Assembly (NCBI GenBank): GCA_039588275.1
Contig: JBDHAC010000022.1
Span: 1 to 55,957 of the forward strand
From: Gemmatimonadota bacterium
GTDB taxonomy: Bacteria > Gemmatimonadota > Gemmatimonadetes > Palauibacterales > Palauibacteraceae
Reading direction: 5' to 3'
Length of the DNA stretch: 55,957 bases
Part shown: positions 1-7,716 of the stretch, piece by piece
How the letters are laid out: every line of letters starts with the position of its first letter
Position numbering within the stretch: position 1 is the first letter of the stretch
Made by a program: the position numbers and the translations under genes
Notes under the pieces: generated by a model
Seen by the model: the letters and a program-made list of their open reading frames with translations, nothing else
Database searches by the model: none
Told to the model about the DNA's origin: nothing

Positions 1-1
1 G

Positions 2-769
2 ATCATCTACTGGGTGATGGAGGAGCGCGCCGCGAAGGCGTACGACCTCGGGGAGGCAGGCGAGACGGAGAAGGTCGTGTTCGCGGATCTGTTCCGGTTT
101 CCGCGCGCCTACATCTACGTCGTTCTCCTCTGCGTGACGTTCTACTCCGCGATCTTCCCGTTTCAGACCTTCGCCGTGAAGTTCTTCATAGAGGCGCACG
201 GCACGACACGCGAGTTCGGCGGCTTCCTGTCGAGCATGATCACCCTGTTCGCGATGGTGTTCACGCCGATCTTCGGCTACATGGTCGATAGGGTGGGCAG
301 GCGGGCGTTGTTCATGATGTGGGGGTCGCTGCTCCTCGTTCCCGTATACCTGATGATGGCGTACACGGCCGTCGACCTCCGCCTTCCGATGGCGATGATG
401 GGCATCGCGTTCTCGCTCGTTCCGGCCGTGATGTGGCCTTCCGTGGCGTACCTCGTGGATGAGGCCAGGCTCGGAACAGCCTACGGCTTTATGACCATGA
501 TCCAGAACATCGGACTGTTCGGGTTCAATCTGATGATCGGGTGGGCCAACGATGTCTCGGGCGCCAGCGTGCAGAACCCGGAGGGCTACGCGCTCGGGAT
601 GTGGATCTTCTCGACCCTCGGCTTCCTCGGTTTCTTCTTCGCCTGGCTGCTCCGCAGGCAGGAGACCGGCCCTGACGCGCACGGGCTGGAGACGATCACG
701 GTGAAGTCGACGCGGGAGGCGGAAGCACGGCGGCTGGCAGCAGATCGGGGAACGGACAGCGGCGCTTGA
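2..769 (+). CDS. MFS transporter, C-terminal half (5'-truncated by the window edge)
   Basis: Frame is open from position 2 (IIYWVMEE...). It has six hydrophobic helices and an MFS motif A-like GYMVDRVGRR. Confidence 0.85.
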   Translation: MIYWVMEERAAKAYDLGEAGETEKVVFADLFRFPRAYIYVVLLCVTFYSAIFPFQTFAVKFFIEAHGTTREFGGFLSSMITLFAMVFTPIFGYMVDRVGRRALFMMWGSLLLVPVYLMMAYTAVDLRLPMAMMGIAFSLVPAVMWPSVAYLVDEARLGTAYGFMTMIQNIGLFGFNLMIGWANDVSGASVQNPEGYALGMWIFSTLGFLGFFFAWLLRRQETGPDAHGLETITVKSTREAEARRLAADRGTDSGA

Positions 770-911
770 TACCGCGGACGAGACCGCTCTTCTTCTCAGC
801 CACAGACGACATTCGCACTCGACCTCGCGGCCCGCTCGTACGCCCACACACGAAGCTCTTGCCGCCGCCGGAAAGCCCCTCCTAACCTTTGTCTTCAGCT
901 CTGGAGGACAT

Positions 912-2417
912 TTGAACCCTACCATGAGGGTTTCCCCGATGAGTCTCTACATTTTTCCATTTGTCCGTGCCACTCGAAGACTGATCGCCCTTGCCGTCTT
1001 GACCTTCCTGGTGGGGGTCTCAGGGATCGTTGCTCAAGAGACGGAAGACGTACGAGCCGTACTCGTAACCGGGGCCAGTTCTGGAATCGGCCTGCGAATG
1101 ACCGAAGTCCTCTCGGAGAATGGATTCTTCGTCTATGCCGGTGCCCGTAAAGCAGAAGACCTGGCACGTCTGGACGCGATGGAGAACGTGCGATCGGTCC
1201 GTTTGGATGTGACGATTCAGAGCGAAATCGACGCAGCGGTGGCGTTCATTCAGGCAGAAGGAAGAGGACTCCATGGTTTGATCAACAACGCTGGCGTCGT
1301 TGTGATGGGACCTCTCATCGAGTTGTCGGAAGAGGACATGGACTTCCAGCTCGATGTGAACCTCTTCGGCCCGTACCGCGTCACCAAAGCGTTTGCGGAT
1401 CTGCTCATCGAGAGCAAAGGCCGGGTCATGACCGTCAGTTCCATCGCCGGGATTCTATCGGGATCATTCACCGGCGCGTACAGCATGAGTAAACATGGTG
1501 TCGAGGCCTATACCGATGCCCTGGCCGCCGAACTGGCTCGCTTCGATGTGGCGGTTGCCGCAGTAGAGCCGGGCAACTACCGGTCCCAAATCCTGGCCTC
1601 GATGGTGAGGCGTATGGAAGAGAGGGGCTATTCGCCCCCCGAGGACTCCAGGTACGGTTCGATGCTCGACCTGATCACCGGCCCACTCGATCGATCGCAG
1701 TACAAAGAGCCCGATGATGTCGCCCTGGCAGCCCTTGATTTCATGTCCAGTGATTCGCCGAAGCGTCGCTACATGGTCGTTCCGAATCAGTTCGAGGCTG
1801 CGATCACCATCCGACAGGCCATACAGGAACTGGTGCAGTTGAATGAAGACCAGCAGTTCTCTTATAGCCGGGACGAGTTGATCGAGATGCTTGACGATGC
1901 TTTGGCTGAAGCACGGCCCTCATCTTCACAATCGACCCCGACGCCCTCGACAATCGACGCGCCCCCGAGTGGTGGCCTTCACCAGGCGGCCCTCGAGGGG
2001 AATCTCGAAGCTGTACGGCAGCACATTGCAGCCGGAGCGGAGCTGAACGAAAAGGAGCCCTCGGGAGGATCCAGTCCACTGATTATCGCGGCGACCTTCG
2101 GCCATACGGAGGTGGCGAGCGTGTTGATCGAGGCGGGCGCGGATGTGGACCAAAGAAACAACGATGGATCAACCGCACTCCTCACCGCAGCCTTTCTTTG
2201 CCGCGCCGAGATCGTGGCGGCCCTGCTCGCTGCAGGTGCCGACAAGAGTATAAGGAACAACGCCGGATCTACGGCGCTGGAGGCCGTGACCGTTCCTTTC
2301 GATGCCGTCAAGGAAGCCTACGATTACCTCGGAGCGGTCCTTGGACCACTTGGATTGGAACTGGACTACGAGCGGATCAGGATGACTCGCCCCGAGATCG
2401 CGGAGATGCTGCGATAG
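912..2417 (+). CDS. Exported short-chain dehydrogenase/reductase fused to C-terminal ankyrin repeats (start uncertain: 912/924/939)
   Basis: Signal-like RRLIALAVLTFLVGVSGIVAQ. SDR motifs TGASSGIG, NNAG and YSMSK, then an S/T/P linker and about 3-4 ankyrin repeats (LHQAA, SPLIIAA, TALLTAA). Confidence 0.9.
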   Translation: MNPTMRVSPMSLYIFPFVRATRRLIALAVLTFLVGVSGIVAQETEDVRAVLVTGASSGIGLRMTEVLSENGFFVYAGARKAEDLARLDAMENVRSVRLDVTIQSEIDAAVAFIQAEGRGLHGLINNAGVVVMGPLIELSEEDMDFQLDVNLFGPYRVTKAFADLLIESKGRVMTVSSIAGILSGSFTGAYSMSKHGVEAYTDALAAELARFDVAVAAVEPGNYRSQILASMVRRMEERGYSPPEDSRYGSMLDLITGPLDRSQYKEPDDVALAALDFMSSDSPKRRYMVVPNQFEAAITIRQAIQELVQLNEDQQFSYSRDELIEMLDDALAEARPSSSQSTPTPSTIDAPPSGGLHQAALEGNLEAVRQHIAAGAELNEKEPSGGSSPLIIAATFGHTEVASVLIEAGADVDQRNNDGSTALLTAAFLCRAEIVAALLAAGADKSIRNNAGSTALEAVTVPFDAVKEAYDYLGAVLGPLGLELDYERIRMTRPEIAEMLR

Positions 2418-2423
2418 CGCGTG

Positions 2424-2516
2424 TCATTCCATGAGCGCCTTCGGGGCCGTGTCATAGATGTGCTTGCTGATGCGCCGGACGCGGGCCATCTGCTCCTCGT
2501 CGAGGGGCCCTCCTCG
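2424..2516 (-). pseudogene. Short C-terminal gene remnant, resembling an aldo/keto reductase C-terminus
   Basis: RGGPLDEEQMARVRRISKHIYDTAPKALME* with strongly GC3-biased codons and no credible N-terminal part. Confidence 0.4.
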
Positions 2517-2560
2517 CGATTCGGACTCGGACACTTGCCACCAGCCGCCGCCGCGCTCGG

Positions 2561-3301
2561 CTACGAGGCATCTTCGCGGTAGCGGGTCACGATTTCCGCG
2601 GTTGGCCCGAACCCCACTTGCTGTCCGCTTCGCAGCCATAAGGTCTTCTGACAGTTCCGCTCCACGAAGTCCAGATCGTGCGTGGCGATCAAGACGGCCT
2701 TGTCGCCCTGCCTCAGTGACTCGAAGTACGCCTGGCACTTCTGCCTGAATCGCTGATCGCCCGCGCTCAGCACTTCGTCGATCAAGAGAACTTGGGTTTC
2801 GGTCCTCATTGCCACCGCGAAGGCCAAGCGTGTCCGCATACCCGCAGACAGGTTCCGTACTGGCTCGTAGACGAAGTCGCGGAGCTCGGCCCAGTCGAGG
2901 ATCTCATCGAACAGGGCGTCGAGGCGCGACCGGCTCAGGCGGCAGATGCTCCCGTACAGATGGATGTTGTCGCACACCGGCAGGTCGCCGACCATGCCCA
3001 CGCCGAGCCCGGACAGCAATCCCACTTGGCCACGTACCGTTACTTGTCCCCGCGTGGGGGTGTAGATGCCGGCGATCGATTTGAGGAGAGTGGTCTTGCC
3101 GGCGCCGTTGTCTCCGACGAAGCCGACGAGCTCACCTGGCCGAACGTCCAGGTTGATGTTCTGAAGCGCGTGGAGGACCGGCTGCGTGTCGGAACGCCGC
3201 ACGGACCGGCGGATGAGGTGGAACGCCGTGAGCTGTCCGCGCTGTAACGTGAAATCCTTCCACAACCCCCGGACCTGAACACTCCCTGCTTGCTCAGACA
3301 T
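2561..3301 (-). CDS. wzt: Polysaccharide ABC exporter ATP-binding subunit (Wzt/TagH-like), without a C-terminal carbohydrate-binding domain
   Basis: Walker A GDNGAGKTT, signature LSAGMRTRLAF, Walker B LLIDE, H-loop ATHD. Overlaps the permease stop. Confidence 0.9.
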   Translation of the reverse strand: MSEQAGSVQVRGLWKDFTLQRGQLTAFHLIRRSVRRSDTQPVLHALQNINLDVRPGELVGFVGDNGAGKTTLLKSIAGIYTPTRGQVTVRGQVGLLSGLGVGMVGDLPVCDNIHLYGSICRLSRSRLDALFDEILDWAELRDFVYEPVRNLSAGMRTRLAFAVAMRTETQVLLIDEVLSAGDQRFRQKCQAYFESLRQGDKAVLIATHDLDFVERNCQKTLWLRSGQQVGFGPTAEIVTRYREDAS

Positions 3302-4067
3302 ACTCGGCGAACCTTGGCTCGAAGTGCCGGAACAGGGCCAACGTCGTGATGAGCAGGACCGCGTTCAGGAGAACGAAGGCAGCAAGCTCTGCGGCGGGGG
3401 GCGGTGCCCCTTCGAGCACCACGCCCCGAACGGCCTCCATCACGAAGGAAAGGGGGTTCAGCTCGACCACTCGCCGAGCCATCCCGTCTCCGACAAAGGA
3501 GATGTCGTAGAAGATCGGCGTGATGAAGAAAAGCGCGCGGAGGAACACGTGGTATATGTGGTCGATGTCCCACGCGAACGGGAACACGGTGGCGAGCAGA
3601 AAGCTGACCCAAAGGACGAGGAGGAGCTGCGCGCCGATGATCGCTGGCAGCCACAGCACAGCGAGCGTAATGGGCACGCCCGCAATCACCGCTATGGCGA
3701 GGCACACCCCCATGGAGATGAAGAACTCCAACGAGCTCGAGATCAGGGTGCTGAGGACCAGCAGTTCCTTCGGAAAGACCGCATCGGTCGTCAGCTCACG
3801 AGTTGAGCGCAGGGCGCGCATCCCAAGGCTCGTGCTGTTGGTGAAGTGCGTGTAGACCACGAGGCCCAGGAGGAGGTAGAGAGCGTAGTTCTCTATCTCG
3901 CCTCCCAGCCGCAGCCTGAAAAAGGCGTAAAGGACGCCAAGCATCAACAGCGGATTGAGAAAGCTCCAGAGGAAGCCGAAGAAGGAACTCTGGTCCTTCA
4001 GCTTGTACTGCGACAGAGTGAGCTGTCGGAGCAAGTTCCTGTCGGCGGCATCATATCTCATGGCCAC
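3294..4067 (-). CDS. wzm: Polysaccharide ABC exporter permease (Wzm/TagG-like)
   Basis: YKLKDQSSFFGFLWSFLNPLL, FFITPIFY and LNPL motifs of ABC2 membrane proteins, with about 6 TM helices. Confidence 0.9.
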   Translation of the reverse strand: MAMRYDAADRNLLRQLTLSQYKLKDQSSFFGFLWSFLNPLLMLGVLYAFFRLRLGGEIENYALYLLLGLVVYTHFTNSTSLGMRALRSTRELTTDAVFPKELLVLSTLISSSLEFFISMGVCLAIAVIAGVPITLAVLWLPAIIGAQLLLVLWVSFLLATVFPFAWDIDHIYHVFLRALFFITPIFYDISFVGDGMARRVVELNPLSFVMEAVRGVVLEGAPPPAAELAAFVLLNAVLLITTLALFRHFEPRFAEYV

Positions 4068-4091
4068 TCTTTCGGTCCGGGGTTGGGGTTC

Positions 4092-6326
4092 TCAACACCA
4101 GGTTGTGTGTGCCAGGATGACTTCGTTGGCGACCTCGTCGAAGGTCCGGAACGTGCCGAGCCGATCGAGGTTCTCCAGAAGCGCCGGATACCGAGCGAGC
4201 CAGTGATGGGCGTAGCAGTCGTGCAGGCTGACGACCACGATTTCCCGCGTCTCGAAAAGTCCGAGAAGCCGTCCCTCCCACGCTTCGAAGGTGAGTTCGC
4301 CCGTGTGCAGGTCGAAGTCATCCTGGTGGATCGGGATCTTGACGATTCCGGTCTCGACGAACGGCCGTTCGGCCGCCAGCGACGAGCTAGAGCTGGCGAG
4401 CCATTCGAAGTTGAAAAAGGCGAGGTGGCGGTCGTGGAGTCCGGGGCCGATTCGAGACTGCGGCGGCCGGTACCCCTTCACGCGATAGTCGATCTCACGA
4501 CAGCGGACGAGCTCCTGGAAGTCCGGCCCCCGGATCGCGGCCCGGATCGGATCCTCTGATCGCAGAGAGAGCCGCGTCCTCATGCGCTCCCACCGCGTAG
4601 GCTCTTCAGGGAGGACGTGCGCGTGGGAATGGAAGCCCAGCGCGTGTCCATCGGCCGTGATGGACTGCCGAACCTCCTCGAGCAGAGAGCCGACCACGTT
4701 ATACGTGCACCGGACTCCGAGCTCGGCCTCGATCGCGAGCATCTCCCGTAGCGCCTTCGGCGCGCGGTCGTCGGCTTCCGCAGCGAAGGCCGGTTCGACA
4801 TCCCGGTGCCCCAGGCCGCGCTCGATGTCATGGGCGACACAGACACTTCTGTCAGCCTCGAATACTGAGATCCGGCGGGCCAGCCGGACGACCCGATCCT
4901 CGTTGGCGCGGGTGTTTACTTTCCACCAATCGCCCGAGCGCTCCGCATGAACCAGCGCTCGAACTGTCCGGTCATACACGCGCTCGAACAGGGCGGGCTC
5001 GACGGCACGCAGCTGGTCGGTGTGACGCATCGACAACTCGGCCGTGGGCACGTAGACGCTCGCGAGCCCTGAGTCGAGGGCGTATTCGAGTATCGCGTTG
5101 AGCAGAAGGCGCGCCCAACCCTTGAACACGCTTTCCACCCGGGTCTTATACTGCCTTCTGCGCGAGATTCTCTGTACGATATCGGAGTACATGACTGTTA
5201 CGAACATGTCTTGGCCGGCGATGGCCAGGCCCGCGGTCGCCACCTGCCCCTGAAGACCCAGCTGCTGCTGGTGCCAGACGAGGTCGTCGTCGAAGAACAA
5301 ATCGGGCGGGAACTCGGCCGCGGCCTCCGGGTGCGCGAACAGGAGGACTTCTCGCAGCGCCCCCGGATCGAACACCCGACACATCCGCTGGGCGAGCTTC
5401 ACCCCATCGGGGCCCGCCCGCGGGAGGAAGTAGACGCGGTGCGGAAAGAAGTGCTTCCGGTGGAGCCCCTTGTCCCTGAACAGGGGCCACGCCCCCGGGT
5501 CTCCCTCCCGGTAGCGATGGACCTTCACGGCTGGATCGCTGGAAGTCGATGGACGGCCCACCCAGGCGACCGGCAAGTAGGTGTCAGTCGCGTGGTCAAG
5601 GAAGGCGCACGTCTCCTCTCGCGTGGCACCGTGCTTGGAGAACATGCGTTCGAGCGTCTCGATCTGGACCTGCAGCGGTGTGTCGGTGGTGAGCCGAGGA
5701 CCTGCGTCATGAATGCGGTACTCGTAGAGACACTCTTTCACCGCTCGGAACCGCGCCCCCGCCTCTGCCATTCGCCAGGGAAAGTCGAAGTCGTCACACC
5801 CGTGCAGGCTCAATGACTCGTCCATTCCGCCGATTCGCAGCCCCAACTCGCGTCGCCAGCACAGGAGGTGCTTCACGGGCGACCCCCGTTGCTTGAAGTG
5901 CTCCAGGGAGAACGATTTCCGACTCGGCATCAGCGATCCCTCGGGTTGCCCGTAGGCGTCGATATAACGCCGTGCGGAGTGGAAGAAGTCCGCGTCGGGA
6001 TACTTCCGGCGATACTTGAGGAGGGTCTGGATCGCATTCCGCGAGTACCGGTCGTCGCTCAGCAGAATCGCGACGAACGGAGTGCGAGCGGCACCCAGCA
6101 GCTGGTTGAGCGTGCGAGCGAAGCCGGGGCCGCAGTCCGGAAGCAGCCTGACGCGCTCGTCCACCACGGCCTCGAAGAACTCCACGGTGTCGGACTCGCC
6201 GGGTTCGAGTCCAACCAAGAGCTCCCAATGCGGTGAACTCTGGGTGAGGACGGACCCGACGGACTCCCGCAGGAACTCCTCCTTCTGCTCCCGGCAGGGA
6301 AAGAGGATGCTTATCCGTTCGCTCAC
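4092..6326 (-). CDS. Three-domain protein: GT2 glycosyltransferase + unknown central domain + polysaccharide deacetylase (NodB-like)
   Basis: N-terminal ISILFP...LSDD...DFDF (GT-A fold). C-terminal HDIE, CTYNVVG, GFHSHAH, GYRPP and SLHD deacetylase motifs. Confidence 0.85.
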   Translation of the reverse strand: MSERISILFPCREQKEEFLRESVGSVLTQSSPHWELLVGLEPGESDTVEFFEAVVDERVRLLPDCGPGFARTLNQLLGAARTPFVAILLSDDRYSRNAIQTLLKYRRKYPDADFFHSARRYIDAYGQPEGSLMPSRKSFSLEHFKQRGSPVKHLLCWRRELGLRIGGMDESLSLHGCDDFDFPWRMAEAGARFRAVKECLYEYRIHDAGPRLTTDTPLQVQIETLERMFSKHGATREETCAFLDHATDTYLPVAWVGRPSTSSDPAVKVHRYREGDPGAWPLFRDKGLHRKHFFPHRVYFLPRAGPDGVKLAQRMCRVFDPGALREVLLFAHPEAAAEFPPDLFFDDDLVWHQQQLGLQGQVATAGLAIAGQDMFVTVMYSDIVQRISRRRQYKTRVESVFKGWARLLLNAILEYALDSGLASVYVPTAELSMRHTDQLRAVEPALFERVYDRTVRALVHAERSGDWWKVNTRANEDRVVRLARRISVFEADRSVCVAHDIERGLGHRDVEPAFAAEADDRAPKALREMLAIEAELGVRCTYNVVGSLLEEVRQSITADGHALGFHSHAHVLPEEPTRWERMRTRLSLRSEDPIRAAIRGPDFQELVRCREIDYRVKGYRPPQSRIGPGLHDRHLAFFNFEWLASSSSSLAAERPFVETGIVKIPIHQDDFDLHTGELTFEAWEGRLLGLFETREIVVVSLHDCYAHHWLARYPALLENLDRLGTFRTFDEVANEVILAHTTWC

Positions 6327-6421
6327 GGAGTGACCGTCAGGAGTGGTGCGACTCCGGCCCGCGTCTCGAGGGGAGGCGAAGCGCGGGTGACGAGAGGCGG
6401 TCCGGCCGTCCGGTCTCTAAT

Positions 6422-7600
6422 ATGCCAGCGGGAATCGACCGACCACGAGCCACGGGGGTTACCCAGATAGGCTATCGAATTCGCCCGTACACACACCGGT
6501 TCCGGGACCAGGTGCTGGAAATCCAGCGCCACCTGTGGAGCCCTGACTTGGATGTGAACGACGCGTACTTCGCGTGGAAGTACGAGCGGAATCCGAGCCT
6601 CTCCGAGCCGCTCGCCATCCTGGTCCTCGACGGAGATCGTGTGGTCGGGATGCGAGGGGCGTTCGGTTCCCCCTGGGTTGTCGAGCCGGCGGGTCATCCA
6701 CTGCAGGCTCTGTGTGCTGGAGACGCGGTCGTCGCCCCGGATCACAGAGGGCGCGGGCTCGCGACCCGAATCACCGAGGCGCTGGCGTCCGAGGCACATC
6801 GTCGTGGTTGGAACCTCCTCATCAACACGAGCTCGGGCGGTGCTGTGCGCCACCTCTCCCTCAAGAGCGGGTGGCGCGAAGTGGGTGAAATCAGGCCGCT
6901 GGCCCTTTGGTGGGAGGTTCGCGACCCGGTTCCGCCGGAGCGTTTCGAGCATCTCTCGTCTCTGTTGAGCCTGGCTGCCAGGCTGCGAGGACGACCCTCG
7001 CGTGCCCACGAACCGCTGCTCAGGCTGGACCGTCGTGTGCGCCGTGCGGGAATGAAGCCGGGAAGCGCCGTCAGCGTCTCCCGCGAGCCTCTCCCCCAAC
7101 AGATGGCTGCCCTCGCCGCCTCGGTGCCGGCGCGCGGTACGATACGCGAGCGGAGGGATGCTTCGTTCTTCGAGTGGCGCTTCTCGAACCCGCTGTGCAG
7201 CTATCGGTTCTTTTTCCTCGCGGAAGGCCAGCCCGGGCAGCTGGCCGGTTACGCCGTTCTCCATGCCCACGGCCCGGAGCACGATACAGGCATCAACCTC
7301 GTGGACTGGGAGGCCTCGACGCCAGAGGCGTTGACTGTCCTCCTCGAAGCGATACGTCACGTTGCGCGGAACGAACGAATCACCACCTGGCCCACAGGCG
7401 CGGATCCAAGACTCGTCGCCGTGCTCGCAGAGAACGGGTTCCGCTCGGCGCCCGCACCGGAGCCGCCCGCGGTGCGGCCGGCGTTGCTCGTCCTTCCCCT
7501 ACGCGAGACGGAGACCATCGAGTCTCGTGAGGTGGGCGGAGCAGATCCGTTGAAGCTCGAAAACTGGGATCTCCGCATGACAGCGTCTGATTTCTACTGA
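6422..7600 (+). CDS. Tandem GNAT-fold acyltransferase, antisense inside the polysaccharide locus
   Basis: Acetyl-CoA motif A VAPDHRGRGLA. FAWKYERNP and FFEWRFSNP signatures seen in EPS-locus GNATs. Confidence 0.8.
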   Translation: MPAGIDRPRATGVTQIGYRIRPYTHRFRDQVLEIQRHLWSPDLDVNDAYFAWKYERNPSLSEPLAILVLDGDRVVGMRGAFGSPWVVEPAGHPLQALCAGDAVVAPDHRGRGLATRITEALASEAHRRGWNLLINTSSGGAVRHLSLKSGWREVGEIRPLALWWEVRDPVPPERFEHLSSLLSLAARLRGRPSRAHEPLLRLDRRVRRAGMKPGSAVSVSREPLPQQMAALAASVPARGTIRERRDASFFEWRFSNPLCSYRFFFLAEGQPGQLAGYAVLHAHGPEHDTGINLVDWEASTPEALTVLLEAIRHVARNERITTWPTGADPRLVAVLAENGFRSAPAPEPPAVRPALLVLPLRETETIESREVGGADPLKLENWDLRMTASDFY

Positions 7601-7716
7601 GAAGTGGGGACTCGCACGGCCATGTCGTCCTTCCACGTTCGGTCACATAGGCCATGCGCGGCCGCTGACCCGGTCCAATGGCGGATCCAGCGTACCCCAT
7701 GGGACGAGGACCCGCT

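Noticed and set aside
1..4. Window begins with GATC (possible Sau3AI clone end)
   Set aside because: A 4-mer that is frequent in this sequence. Not informative by itself.
881..900. CCTAAC...CAGCT as an attC start before the SDR-ankyrin gene
   Set aside because: Does not fit RYYYAAC exactly, and no complementary GTTRRRY arm follows.
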